Positions 36,423 through 45,883 of a DNA stretch of 64,000 nt are shown one piece after another. The notes under the pieces were generated by a model. It was not told the DNA's origin and did no database searches. It saw only the letters and a program-made list of their open reading frames with translations. The DNA lies in NCBI GenBank assembly GCA_018069525.1, contig JAGPUQ010000024.1, positions 13,748 through 77,747 of the forward strand, written 5' to 3'. The DNA comes from Porticoccaceae bacterium (GTDB lineage: Bacteria; Pseudomonadota; Gammaproteobacteria; Pseudomonadales; Porticoccaceae). Made by a program: the position numbers and the translations under genes. The first letter of the stretch is position 1. The number at the start of each line of letters is the position of its first letter.

Positions 36423-37158
36423 GGCGCTGCGTACTCCAGCTTCCCAGCAAGCGGTTCAGGAACGCTTGCCGCCAGAGCTGTTGCCACCCGGAGAAGGTTT
36501 TGTCGGCATCCTCAAGCGGGATTTATTACTGGCATTCCGGCATCGTGGCGAGCTGGCGAACCCTTTAATATTTTTTATTATGGTCACCGCTTTAATACCG
36601 ATCGCGGTGGGGCCGCAGAAAGCTCTGCTGTCGCAACTGGCACCGGGAATGATTTGGGTGATGGCGCTGTTGGGCACCTTGTTATCGAGTGACAGTCTAT
36701 TTCAAAGCGACTACGCCGATGGCACCCTGGAACAGCTGATTATTTCACCGCAGCCACTGTGGTTACTGGTGCTAGCGAAAATATCGGCGCACTGGCTGGT
36801 GACGGGTTTGCCGATTACACTAGCGGCCCCGATTTTGGGTCTAATGTTGGCGCTGCCTGAAGCCGGTTACGCAACTCTGGTGTTGGGTTTAGCGATGGGG
36901 ACGGCGACCTTCAGTTTATTTGGTGCGATTGGCGCGGCCTTGACCGTCGCCTTGCGCAAAGGCGGTGTGTTACTTTCGCTGATCGTTATGCCGCTGTACT
37001 TTCCGGTACTTATTTTTGGCAGCGCAGCGGTGCAGCGGGTTGTTGATGGCGGTAGCGCAGGCGCGCCTTTGGCCTTACTCGGTGCGGTGTTTGCTTTTGC
37101 TCTACTGTTGTCGCCCTTTGCGACGGCAGCCAGTTTGCGGGCCGGAATAAACGGCTAG
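36415..37158 (+). CDS. ccmB: heme exporter permease CcmB
   Basis: Polytopic membrane protein at the canonical position. ATG 36415 overlaps the ccmA stop (ATGA). Confidence 0.85.
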   Translation: MTEALRTPASQQAVQERLPPELLPPGEGFVGILKRDLLLAFRHRGELANPLIFFIMVTALIPIAVGPQKALLSQLAPGMIWVMALLGTLLSSDSLFQSDYADGTLEQLIISPQPLWLLVLAKISAHWLVTGLPITLAAPILGLMLALPEAGYATLVLGLAMGTATFSLFGAIGAALTVALRKGGVLLSLIVMPLYFPVLIFGSAAVQRVVDGGSAGAPLALLGAVFAFALLLSPFATAASLRAGING

Positions 37159-37162
37159 TGGT

Positions 37163-37218
37163 TTTATTAGGTTTGAATTGTTAGGTTTAAATTGTAAGGT
37201 TTACATTGTAAGGATTAA
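37163..37218 (+). repeat. 14-bp x4 degenerate tandem repeat right after the ccmB stop
   Basis: tttattaggtttga / attgttaggtttaa / attgtaaggtttac / attgtaaggattaa. Confidence 0.75.
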
Positions 37219-37229
37219 TTATCAACACG

Positions 37230-38000
37230 ATGTGGCGTTGGTTTCATAGATTAGGTTCTCCCCGCTGGTTTTATCAAACCAGCGGACGGTGGTTGCCGTG
37301 GTTGGCCGTACTGACGCTGGCATTGCTGGTTATCGGCACGCTTTGGGGACTGGCTTTTGCGCCTGAAGACGCACGGCAGGGCAATAGTTTTCGTATTATT
37401 TATATTCATGTGCCGGTGTCGTTTTTGGCGCTGGCCGGATATTACGTAATGGCGGTAGCCGGAGCTGTTAATCTGATTTGGCGAATTAAATTAGCCGATA
37501 TGGTGATGACAGCTGCTGCGCCATTGGGTGCAGCCTTAACATTTTTGGCACTGTTTACCGGCGCGATCTGGGGCAAGCCCACCTGGGGCACTTACTGGGT
37601 GTGGGATGCGCGTATTACGTCTATGTTGGTGCTGCTGTTTTTGTATTTGGGCGTAGTGGTGTTGCGTAATTCATTCTCGGGGCGGGATACGGCGGGCAAG
37701 GCCTGCGCGATTCTGGCTTTGGTGGGTACCGTCAATATTCCGATTATTTATAAATCGGTGGACTGGTGGTTTACCTTGCATCAGCCCGCGACCATTAAAC
37801 TCAGCGGCGCACCGAGTATGCACCCGGATATGTTTAAGCCCCTGCTGGTCATGATCCTGGCCTATTACTGTTTTTATGCACTGGTACTGATTTTGAATAC
37901 CCGAACCGAAATTCTGCATAGAGAGCGGCGCACGGCATGGGTGAATGACTTGGCAGTGAGTGAATTGGCCGTAACTGAATTGACGAGTAACGAGCAATGA
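37230..38000 (+). CDS. ccmC: heme exporter/heme-handling protein CcmC
   Basis: Trp-rich motif WGTYWVWDARIT. Confidence 0.9.
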   Translation: MWRWFHRLGSPRWFYQTSGRWLPWLAVLTLALLVIGTLWGLAFAPEDARQGNSFRIIYIHVPVSFLALAGYYVMAVAGAVNLIWRIKLADMVMTAAAPLGAALTFLALFTGAIWGKPTWGTYWVWDARITSMLVLLFLYLGVVVLRNSFSGRDTAGKACAILALVGTVNIPIIYKSVDWWFTLHQPATIKLSGAPSMHPDMFKPLLVMILAYYCFYALVLILNTRTEILHRERRTAWVNDLAVSELAVTELTSNEQ

Positions 38001-38212
38001 ATATTCAATTTGACGGCTTTTACTTTGAGAGCCTGGCGGAATTTTTTGCCATGGGTGGTCACGCCACTTATGTGTGGGGAGCCTACGGCGTAGCCCTGGT
38101 GGTTATGGTGTGGCTGGTAGTGCGTCCGCTGCTGCGACGCGCCAGTATTTTGAATGAGCTGCGGCAGAATTTGAAAAAACGTCAACATTCACTATATGAA
38201 GAAAGCCGATAG
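37997..38212 (+). CDS. ccmD: heme exporter protein CcmD
   Basis: 71 aa with a single TM segment. It sits at the canonical position and overlaps the ccmC stop. Confidence 0.8.
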   Translation: MNIQFDGFYFESLAEFFAMGGHATYVWGAYGVALVVMVWLVVRPLLRRASILNELRQNLKKRQHSLYEESR

Positions 38213-38268
38213 CCATAGAAAGCCGAGAGCAATAGATAGCCAATAGCCACAGATAGGAACACGAGATT
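38201..38268 (+). repeat. 17-bp x4 degenerate tandem repeat spanning the ccmD stop
   Basis: gaaagccgatagccata / gaaagccgagagcaata / gatagccaatagccaca / gataggaacacgagatt. Confidence 0.7.
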
Positions 38269-38333
38269 TTTGATGTTTATTTTTGACAAAACAAATCACA
38301 AAACAAGCGGCCGAATAAAATCGGGGAGTACTT

Positions 38334-38846
38334 ATGCATCCCCTACGTAAACGGCGGCTGTTGCTGGTGGTATTTTTAGTGGTGGTGGCTTCCGCGGCGG
38401 TGGGTTTAGTTCTTTATGCGCTAAAAGAAAACATCAGTTTTTTTTATACACCCAGCGCAGTCGCTAACGGTGAAGCACCCCACGGTCCGATAATCCGGGT
38501 CGGTGGTATGGTGGTCGCTAATAGCGTTGAGCGTAACCCTAAGGCTTTAGATGTTAGCTTTAAGGTGAGCGATGGCGCGAATGCCGTATTGATTACTTAC
38601 GCCGGTATTCTGCCGGATATGTTTGCCGAAAATGAAGCGGCGGTGGCGGTGGGTCGTCTGCGCGAAGATGGCGTGTTGGTCGCTGACGAAGTACTGGCCA
38701 AGCACGATGAAAAATATACCCCGCCGGAAGTTGCCGATGCGATGTCGAAAGCCTACGAGGCTCAACAAAAACAAAAAGCGGCATCTGGAAAGTTAGAATT
38801 GGAAAAATCAATTTCTGAAAAAACCGAGAGTGCGATTCAACCATGA
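38334..38846 (+). CDS. ccmE: heme chaperone CcmE
   Basis: N-terminal anchor and the heme-binding His context AKHDEKYTPPEV. Confidence 0.9.
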   Translation: MHPLRKRRLLLVVFLVVVASAAVGLVLYALKENISFFYTPSAVANGEAPHGPIIRVGGMVVANSVERNPKALDVSFKVSDGANAVLITYAGILPDMFAENEAAVAVGRLREDGVLVADEVLAKHDEKYTPPEVADAMSKAYEAQQKQKAASGKLELEKSISEKTESAIQP

Positions 38847-40894
38847 CAGCAGAGTTTGGTCATTTCGCATTAATTTTGGCACTGTGCCTGGCCTTCCTGC
38901 TGGCCCTGTTGCCGCTGCTGGGTAGCGCGCGGGGTAATGTCCTGTGGATGTCGACAGCGCGACCGTTGGCGTTGGGACAGTTCGTGTTTACCGCCATCAG
39001 TTTCGCGTGTCTGGTGTCGGTATTTTTGGGCGATGATTTTTCAGTTAAGTACGTGGCGAATAATTCCCACACCTTATTACCGGATCGCTATAAAGTTAGC
39101 GCGGTGTGGGGTGCTCACGAAGGTTCTCTATTACTGTGGGTGCTTATTCTCTCGGGCTGGACCCTTGCCGTCGCGACGTTCAGCCGTTCTCTACCACTGG
39201 TGTTGCTGGCACGAGTGCTGGCGGTTATGGGGATGATTGGTGTCGGCTTTTATTTGTTCGTGTTGCTTACTTCCAACCCCTTTGAGCGCGCGTTGCCGTT
39301 CTCGGTTGTTGAAGGCGGGGATCTCAATCCCCTGCTGCAGGACATCGGTTTAATTATTCATCCACCTTTGTTGTACATGGGCTATGTGGGCTTTTCGGTG
39401 GGCTTTGCGTTTGCTATCGCCGCCTTGCTGGGTGGCAAACTCGACGCCGCATGGGCGCGCTGGACTCGCCCCTGGATCAACACAGCGTGGGCTTTTCTTA
39501 CCGTTGGTATTGCCCTGGGTAGCTGGTGGGCCTACTACGAATTAGGTTGGGGTGGTTGGTGGTTTTGGGATCCGGTGGAAAATGCATCGTTTATGCCCTG
39601 GCTGGTAGGTACGGCCTTAGTACATTCCTTAGCCGCGACCGAAAAGCGGGGCGTGTTTCGCAGCTGGACATTGTTGTTGGCGATTTTGGCTTTTTCTCTG
39701 AGTTTACTCGGTACGTTTTTAGTACGCTCCGGGGTGCTGACCTCGGTGCATGCCTTTGCGTCTGACCCCACTCGGGGAATTTTTATTCTTGGTTTTCTCG
39801 CAGTGGTGATTGGTGGTTCGCTGCTGCTCTACGCATTGCGTAGTCCGACTTTGAAAAACGCGGTGAGCTACGGGTGGCGTTCGCGAGAAATGTTTTTGCT
39901 CGCCAATAACGCACTGTTGGTAGTGATTGCGACGGTAATTTTATTGGGCACGCTGTACCCCTTATTAGCGGATGTCATGGACTGGGGCACCGTGTCGGTG
40001 GGGCCACCGTATTTCAATCTGTTTTTTGCACCCGTTACTTTAATGCTCGCTCTATTGATGGGCATCGCCGTGTGGTTGCAGTGGAAAGATACCTCGATGG
40101 TTCGCTTGCGCAGTGCCGTGGGTCTGCCGGCCATACTGGCTTTGGCAATGGCGGTACTCGTGCCGGCGTATTTGGGTCTTGGCGAAAAAGGATTCGACGC
40201 CCAGAATTGGCAGTGGAGTGCAATGCTCGCAGTCGGCATGGCGACCTGGGTAGTGGCGATGACGGTGCGCGATGTTTGGCATAAGTCGTCTTCGTCGCAG
40301 GGTCGAAAATACGGTTTGCAAAAACTGCGGGCCAGTTACTGGGGCATGGTGTGTGCACACATTGGTGTGGCCGTGGCAATTGCCGGTGTGGGCATTACCA
40401 CCAGTTACAGCGAGCAACGCGATGTACGCCTGGCACCGGGTGAACATATTCAAGTGGGTGCCTATGAGTTTGTATTTGACGGCGTCAGGAATACTGAGGG
40501 CCCCAATTATCGTGCGCAAACCGGAACGGTGAAGGTAAATCGAAACGGTCACCTGGTAGCAACGCTATACCCGGAAAAACGCCGTTACCTTGCCAGTAAT
40601 CAGGTGATGACCGAAGCCGCTATTGACGGAGGTTTGTTACGGGATATATATGTCGCGCTGGGCGAAGCGCTTACTGACGGAGATGGCCGTGATGGCGGTG
40701 GAGCCTGGGCTTTACGCCTGTATGTGAAACCACTGGTGCGTTGGATATGGTTGGGTGCGCTAATGATTGCCTGCGGTGGTTTATTGGCCGCTGTGGATAA
40801 ACGCTATCGTCGTGTGGTGCCCGGCAGCGCAGTGGCAGCTAAGCCAGCAGATGCAGTTGCTCCGATTCCAACGACCGATGCGGTGAAGGTTTAG
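38843..40894 (+). CDS. ccmF: cytochrome c heme lyase subunit CcmF
   Basis: 683 aa with the WWD motif GWGGWWFWDPVENASFMPW. Confidence 0.95.
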   Translation: MTAEFGHFALILALCLAFLLALLPLLGSARGNVLWMSTARPLALGQFVFTAISFACLVSVFLGDDFSVKYVANNSHTLLPDRYKVSAVWGAHEGSLLLWVLILSGWTLAVATFSRSLPLVLLARVLAVMGMIGVGFYLFVLLTSNPFERALPFSVVEGGDLNPLLQDIGLIIHPPLLYMGYVGFSVGFAFAIAALLGGKLDAAWARWTRPWINTAWAFLTVGIALGSWWAYYELGWGGWWFWDPVENASFMPWLVGTALVHSLAATEKRGVFRSWTLLLAILAFSLSLLGTFLVRSGVLTSVHAFASDPTRGIFILGFLAVVIGGSLLLYALRSPTLKNAVSYGWRSREMFLLANNALLVVIATVILLGTLYPLLADVMDWGTVSVGPPYFNLFFAPVTLMLALLMGIAVWLQWKDTSMVRLRSAVGLPAILALAMAVLVPAYLGLGEKGFDAQNWQWSAMLAVGMATWVVAMTVRDVWHKSSSSQGRKYGLQKLRASYWGMVCAHIGVAVAIAGVGITTSYSEQRDVRLAPGEHIQVGAYEFVFDGVRNTEGPNYRAQTGTVKVNRNGHLVATLYPEKRRYLASNQVMTEAAIDGGLLRDIYVALGEALTDGDGRDGGGAWALRLYVKPLVRWIWLGALMIACGGLLAAVDKRYRRVVPGSAVAAKPADAVAPIPTTDAVKV

Positions 40895-40895
40895 T

Positions 40896-41450
40896 ATGGA
40901 ACGCCTTAAATTATTTATACCGCTGTTGATTTTTATATTACTAGCGGTGGCTTTATATTTCGGTTTGGATCGCGACCCCAGCGCAATGCCTTCGGCATTA
41001 ATCGATAAATCCGTGCCGGCTTTTACGCTGCCCAGTTTGGCGGATGAAGAAACACCCGTTACAGAAACATTCCTTACAGAAAAACTGTTTCAGGGCGAGG
41101 CGGCACTATTAAATGTGTGGGCAACCTGGTGCGTGTCCTGTCGTATGGAACACCGCTATTTAATGGATCTTGCCAAACTGGGTGTGCCGATTGTCGGGTT
41201 GAATTACAAAGATGAGCGCGGCGCCGCACAGCGGTGGCTGGTCGAGCTGGGTGATCCCTACCGGGAAGTGATTTTTGATGCCGAGGGTAGCCTCGGCCTT
41301 GACCTGGGTGTCTTCGGCGCACCGGAAACTTATGTGGTCGATGGGCAAGGCATGATTCGCTACAAGTATGTTGGTGTCGTGGATGAGCGAGTCTGGCAGC
41401 AAAAAATCGCTCCGGTGTTTCACGGCTTACAGGAGTCACCCACTCCTTGA
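40896..41450 (+). CDS. ccmG: thiol:disulfide oxidoreductase DsbE/CcmG
   Basis: Thioredoxin fold with WATWCVSC and GVFGAPETY. Confidence 0.9.
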   Translation: MERLKLFIPLLIFILLAVALYFGLDRDPSAMPSALIDKSVPAFTLPSLADEETPVTETFLTEKLFQGEAALLNVWATWCVSCRMEHRYLMDLAKLGVPIVGLNYKDERGAAQRWLVELGDPYREVIFDAEGSLGLDLGVFGAPETYVVDGQGMIRYKYVGVVDERVWQQKIAPVFHGLQESPTP

Positions 41451-41995
41451 AACGAATACTATTGCCATTGGTTTTTGTTGGCGCGTACTTGTTCAGCTTT
41501 TCATTGACGAGCTTCGCCGCTATTGAGGCAGAAGACTTTAGCTCCGAGGAGTTACGACTGCGCTATCAGACTTTGGTGGATGAAACCCGTTGTCCTAAGT
41601 GTCAAAATCAAAATTTGGCGGGTTCTGATTCGCCGATCTCCGCAGATTTGCGCGGACAAATTCGTCGCTTGCTGCACGAGGGTTCGAGCGATCAGGAAAT
41701 TGCCGATTATCTGGTGGCCCGCTATGGCGATTACGTGCTGTATCGGCCGCGCTGGCAATCCTCTACTTACGTGTTGTGGCTTGGTCCTATTATCTTATTA
41801 CTGCTCGCGGCTGCGGTGGTATTTACCGTAGTGCGCCGTCGTCGCGACGATGCGGTAGGTGAGGGTGATATCGATAAAAAAAATGTACTTAATGCAGCGG
41901 AGCAAGCCGCACTTGATCAGGTGTTAGATCATTCTCCGATAAGCCATTCACCGATAAGCAATGACCGAATAAATAATGAACGGAGCGCGTCCTGA
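41447..41995 (+). CDS. ccmH: cytochrome c maturation protein CcmH
   Basis: RCPKCQNQNL (LRCxxC) motif. The TTG start overlaps the ccmG stop. The C-terminal tail is repeat-derived (HSPISHSPISNDRINNER). Confidence 0.85.
   Translation: MKRILLPLVFVGAYLFSFSLTSFAAIEAEDFSSEELRLRYQTLVDETRCPKCQNQNLAGSDSPISADLRGQIRRLLHEGSSDQEIADYLVARYGDYVLYRPRWQSSTYVLWLGPIILLLLAAAVVFTVVRRRRDDAVGEGDIDKKNVLNAAEQAALDQVLDHSPISHSPISNDRINNERSAS
41930..41989 (+). repeat. 15-bp x4 degenerate tandem repeat forming the last 20 codons of ccmH
   Basis: cattctccgataagc / cattcaccgataagc / aatgaccgaataaat / aatgaacggagcgcg. Confidence 0.75.
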
Positions 41996-43215
41996 TGGTG
42001 TGGCTGGGTTTTGCTGCGATGTTACTTGCCGCTTTGGGTTTTCTCGGCGCAGTGTTTTTTAATAAAAATCTAGATCATCCGGATGATCTAGATTCCGCTG
42101 AAGTCGTCAGGCAATCCAATATTTCCAGTTTTCGAAATAGACAGACCGAGCTGGATGCGCAGTTAGCCAGTGGCGACATAGACAATCTCCAGTATCAAGG
42201 TCTGTTGGTCGAGGCGCAGCGCAGTCTGCTCGATGATGTGGCTGTGGTGGCGTCGAACAATGCTTCCATAAGTGGTCGCTGGTTGTTAACAAGTTGTGGG
42301 GTGTTGGTGATCGCGCTGGCGTCGGTTTTGTATTACTACCTGGGTGCCGCTGCGGACGTGGAGATTCGTCGAGGTTTGGAACAGGTAAGCGATGGCCCTC
42401 AGCCTGCGCTTACCGAGCAAATTCGTGCACGACTTAAGCAGCGGCCGGACAATTTTTTTTATTGGGCTTTATTGGCACGTTTTGATCATCAGGACGGAAA
42501 ATTAGCCGACGCACTTCAGTCCTATCAGCGGGCTTTGATGTTGAGTCCGGAAGACAATACCATTCGTTCAGAATATGCACAGGTACTGTTTATCGCTGCG
42601 GGTAGTGTGGTCACCGAAGCAGTGTCTGCCCAGGTGCAGCAGGTTCTGGCTCGGGATATTAACGATTCCTCAGCACTGGGGCTGCGCGGTATTGGTTTTT
42701 TTGCCGCTGGAAATTATCGTGCGGCACTGGCAGATTGGCAGCATGCCTTACAGAGCTTGCCGCCGCGCTCCGAAGCCGCTGGTGCTATGCGGTCGGGTAT
42801 TGCTGCGGCTCAAGCCCGGCTGGGGGAGAGTGGCGTCGGCAGCGTCGGCGTTCGTGCAAGAGTTGCGCTTAGCGAAGACTTGGCCACAATACTCGAGTCC
42901 GCCCCGGAAACCCTGGTGTTTATTTATGTGCAGGAGTGGCAAGCTATGCCGATGCCGATGATGGCCCGTCGGGTCACGGTTGCCGATTTGCCCTTGGAAA
43001 TCGAATTCAGTAACGACCAGGCTTTAATGCCAGGCCGGGATTTTTCAACAGTGTCCAAGTTTGAAGTCGTCGCCCGGGTTTCCCATGCGGGTACTCCGCT
43101 ACCCGCGTCCGGGGATTATGAGGGGCGACATGGGCCGATAGAGTTGCAAGGTAAGACTGACGCGCCGGGAGAAACTCAGACCTTCTCCTTAATGATTGAT
43201 CGTCGGTTGCCATAG
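41995..43215 (+). CDS. ccmI: c-type cytochrome biogenesis protein CcmI (TPR)
   Basis: N-terminal TM segments followed by TPR-like repeats (YWALLARFDHQDGKLADALQSYQRALMLSPED). It holds the last position of the ccm operon, and its ATG overlaps the ccmH stop. Confidence 0.8.
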   Translation: MVWLGFAAMLLAALGFLGAVFFNKNLDHPDDLDSAEVVRQSNISSFRNRQTELDAQLASGDIDNLQYQGLLVEAQRSLLDDVAVVASNNASISGRWLLTSCGVLVIALASVLYYYLGAAADVEIRRGLEQVSDGPQPALTEQIRARLKQRPDNFFYWALLARFDHQDGKLADALQSYQRALMLSPEDNTIRSEYAQVLFIAAGSVVTEAVSAQVQQVLARDINDSSALGLRGIGFFAAGNYRAALADWQHALQSLPPRSEAAGAMRSGIAAAQARLGESGVGSVGVRARVALSEDLATILESAPETLVFIYVQEWQAMPMPMMARRVTVADLPLEIEFSNDQALMPGRDFSTVSKFEVVARVSHAGTPLPASGDYEGRHGPIELQGKTDAPGETQTFSLMIDRRLP

Positions 43216-43286
43216 AAAATATCAAATCACATCCTAAGGTCGCGCATTAACTAGCGCAAAAATATTTTAAAAGAGGCAACTATTAC

Positions 43287-44054
43287 ATGACAAACAGTGT
43301 ACGTACCGAAAGCCGTGAGGAGTACGCAGCCAAACATTCGGCAACGCAAATTGCCGATCGTCTGGAGGAGGGCCCCGGCTCCCTGTATCTAAAAGATTTT
43401 GTCTACGGCGCTATCGATGGTGCCGTAACCACCTTTGCCGTGGTCGCCGGTGTGGCCGGTGCGGGTTTGTCTCCGGGGATTATTATTATTCTTGGTTTTG
43501 CTAATTTAATCGCCGACGGTTTTAGTATGGCCGTGAGTAACTTCCTCGGTACTCGATCGGAAAACCAATTTCGCCAGCAGACCCGCAAACGGGAGATGGA
43601 TGAAATTGACAAATGGCCGGAGGGCGAACGGGAAGAAATACGACAAATTTATGCCAGCAAGGGTTTTGAGGGCGAGTTGCTGGAGCAAGTGGTGGGAGTG
43701 ATTACATCCGACAAAGAGCGTTGGGTGGATGTGATGATTCAGGAAGAGCACGGTATGTCCCTTCACGACCACGATGCTCGCGCGGCGGGACTTGCCACTT
43801 TTGTCGCTTTTATCGCGATTGGTTTGATTCCTTTGCTGCCCTACCTGTTGAACTGGATTGTGCCAGGATCAATCAATGGCCCATTTTTATGGAGTTGTGT
43901 GATGACCGGTATTGCATTCTTATGGGTGGGCGCGTTAAAGGCGCGCTTTATCAATCAGGCCTGGTTGGTCGGGGCTGTGGAAACCGTAGGTATTGGTGGT
44001 GCCGCCGCCGCTATGGCCTATGGGATTGGGGTGTTACTGAAAGGTTTGGCTTAA
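43287..44054 (+). CDS. VIT1/CCC1-family iron/manganese transporter
   Basis: YGAIDGAVTTFAVVAGVAGA...ANLIADGFSMAVSNFLG is typical of the VIT family. 255 aa. Confidence 0.75.
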   Translation: MTNSVRTESREEYAAKHSATQIADRLEEGPGSLYLKDFVYGAIDGAVTTFAVVAGVAGAGLSPGIIIILGFANLIADGFSMAVSNFLGTRSENQFRQQTRKREMDEIDKWPEGEREEIRQIYASKGFEGELLEQVVGVITSDKERWVDVMIQEEHGMSLHDHDARAAGLATFVAFIAIGLIPLLPYLLNWIVPGSINGPFLWSCVMTGIAFLWVGALKARFINQAWLVGAVETVGIGGAAAAMAYGIGVLLKGLA

Positions 44055-44090
44055 GACGCTGGTTTAAGACGCTGACTTAAGGTGCTGGCT
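44039..44090 (+). repeat. 13-bp x4 degenerate tandem repeat spanning the VIT gene stop
   Basis: gaaaggtttggct / taagacgctggtt / taagacgctgact / taaggtgctggct. Confidence 0.75.
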
Positions 44091-44160
44091 CAAAGAACAT
44101 CGCGAGGCTATTAGTTCTCACTCAGGTAAGGTATATAATCATTCGACGATCAGGTAACAG

Positions 44161-45165
44161 GTGATGTCGGAATCAGTAAAACAATGGTGGCCGGTAGATC
44201 GTCGGGAAACTGAAGGTCGGGAAGTTCAAGATCGAGCGGCGACTGATAAAAGCTGGGAGCAGACTGAACGCAGCTGGGATAAGCGAGCCGCTGAATTGGC
44301 GAATACAACAAGCTTAAGAACCTTCAGAGAAAATCCCAATCTTCCGGGGATCCGCAAGAAAACTCGAAAATACCTCAGTTGGAAAACCCTACATTATTTG
44401 CATTCCCACGACAGTAGTGGATTGTTGCGCAAATACTTTTGGCGGCACCCCTTAAAACACGGGGCCGGGTTAGCGCGGAATCTACTTCGCAGTCTACGAG
44501 GTAAGCCCACCTACATTCGCGATGACGATTTCTTTTTCTATGGTCTGAAAAATACCGAAGAGTTATGCAAAAAACTGGAAAACCCATTGACCTTGTTAGT
44601 GGTCGGCTTCTCGTACTGCCATAAACCCTTTGAATGTCCCGCCGGACGATTTACCGATGCCTGTTACCACGATCCTGCTAACGAAGTCTGTGGCCAGTGT
44701 TTTATCGGCAAGTCGGTACATTTTTTGCCTAAAGACGAGGCAAAGGAAAGAATAATCCCGCTGTTTATTACCACCGTTCATTACCTGGGCGATGAGATGG
44801 TCAAGCTGCGACAAACGCGGCCTGACTACGATCCGCTATTTTTAATTACCGCCTGCGAACTGACCCTGGAAATGTTTGGCTTTGTCGGCGCATCTGTGGG
44901 TTTTAAAGGTATTGGTGTGCGGCTCGATGGCCAAATTTGTAATACCATGCGGGCATTTGAAGCTTCTGAGGAAGGCGTTAAGCCGGGTATGGCCATTGTT
45001 ACCGACCCGACTCAGGCACGGATGATGGAAGTGTATCGGGAAATTAACTTGAGTTTGAAGCCTGAAACCATAATGGGTAATGATGAAGGCGTAGTTGGTA
45101 CTGGTCCGATAAAAAATTCTTCTTTAGCCAGAGAAGCGCTTATCGCTACGGATCGTATTTTTTAA
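44161..45165 (+). CDS. Cys-rich hypothetical protein (possibly DUF116-like)
   Basis: 334 aa. The central LLVVGFSYCHKPFECPAGRFTDACYHDPANEVCGQCFIGK resembles the DUF116 cysteine pattern as I remember it. Confidence 0.4.
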   Translation: MMSESVKQWWPVDRRETEGREVQDRAATDKSWEQTERSWDKRAAELANTTSLRTFRENPNLPGIRKKTRKYLSWKTLHYLHSHDSSGLLRKYFWRHPLKHGAGLARNLLRSLRGKPTYIRDDDFFFYGLKNTEELCKKLENPLTLLVVGFSYCHKPFECPAGRFTDACYHDPANEVCGQCFIGKSVHFLPKDEAKERIIPLFITTVHYLGDEMVKLRQTRPDYDPLFLITACELTLEMFGFVGASVGFKGIGVRLDGQICNTMRAFEASEEGVKPGMAIVTDPTQARMMEVYREINLSLKPETIMGNDEGVVGTGPIKNSSLAREALIATDRIF

Positions 45166-45226
45166 ACCCGGTAAGTGCGAAATAGAATAGAGCACAATAT
45201 TTTGATAGCCGTACGCTACGTGGTTT

Positions 45227-45757
45227 TCAATACTCCTGATCTTCTATTTCAACGACTAAATCACTAGACAAATCTTCAAGACTGCCCTGAACTTGGTCTC
45301 TGGCAAGGGTTGCAGGCAAGGTCAGGGAAGCGCGAAGATTAAATAACAGTTCCCCGGTCATGGGTGCGCTTTCACAATAGGTTTGTAGTTCTTCGACATT
45401 CACCTTTAATCTTGCTAGTCGGGCACTAATCTCTTGCACAATACCGGGTCGATCATTGCCGGTTAGCGTGAGTAGTAGAGGGGTGCCGGTGATCGGCAGA
45501 GTATCGCTGGTGGTTTCCGCATCGACTTCCGTCGTTATACGAATACCTTCCTTGGCGAGTTGTTTGAACGCGGCTTGCAATGCCGCTAGCTGGTCGTCGG
45601 CCAGGGTGATGCTCACAATCCCCGCAAACTTTCCCGCCAGCCGTGAGAGGCTGCTCTCCAGCCAATTACCCTGGTGACTAGTGATGATCTCGGCAAGGCG
45701 CTCAACAATACCGGGACGGTCGTCGGCGATAACGGTGATAACCAGATGATTTTTCAT
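45227..45757 (-). CDS. GcvR-like tandem ACT-domain protein
   Basis: Two ACT-like halves, each starting ..DRPGIV. (VIADDRPGIVERL and LTGNDRPGIVQEI). 176 aa. Confidence 0.7.
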   Translation of the reverse strand: MKNHLVITVIADDRPGIVERLAEIITSHQGNWLESSLSRLAGKFAGIVSITLADDQLAALQAAFKQLAKEGIRITTEVDAETTSDTLPITGTPLLLTLTGNDRPGIVQEISARLARLKVNVEELQTYCESAPMTGELLFNLRASLTLPATLARDQVQGSLEDLSSDLVVEIEDQEY

Positions 45758-45883
45758 GGAATATTGGCCTTATTGTTAACGCAGTATAGCTGACACAGTA
45801 TGCGCTGTGATTACAGGGCGAAACGGGGTATTTTAGTCGATCATACGCCTAGTTAACGCAGCTTACCCGGTGGTAATATTGGG

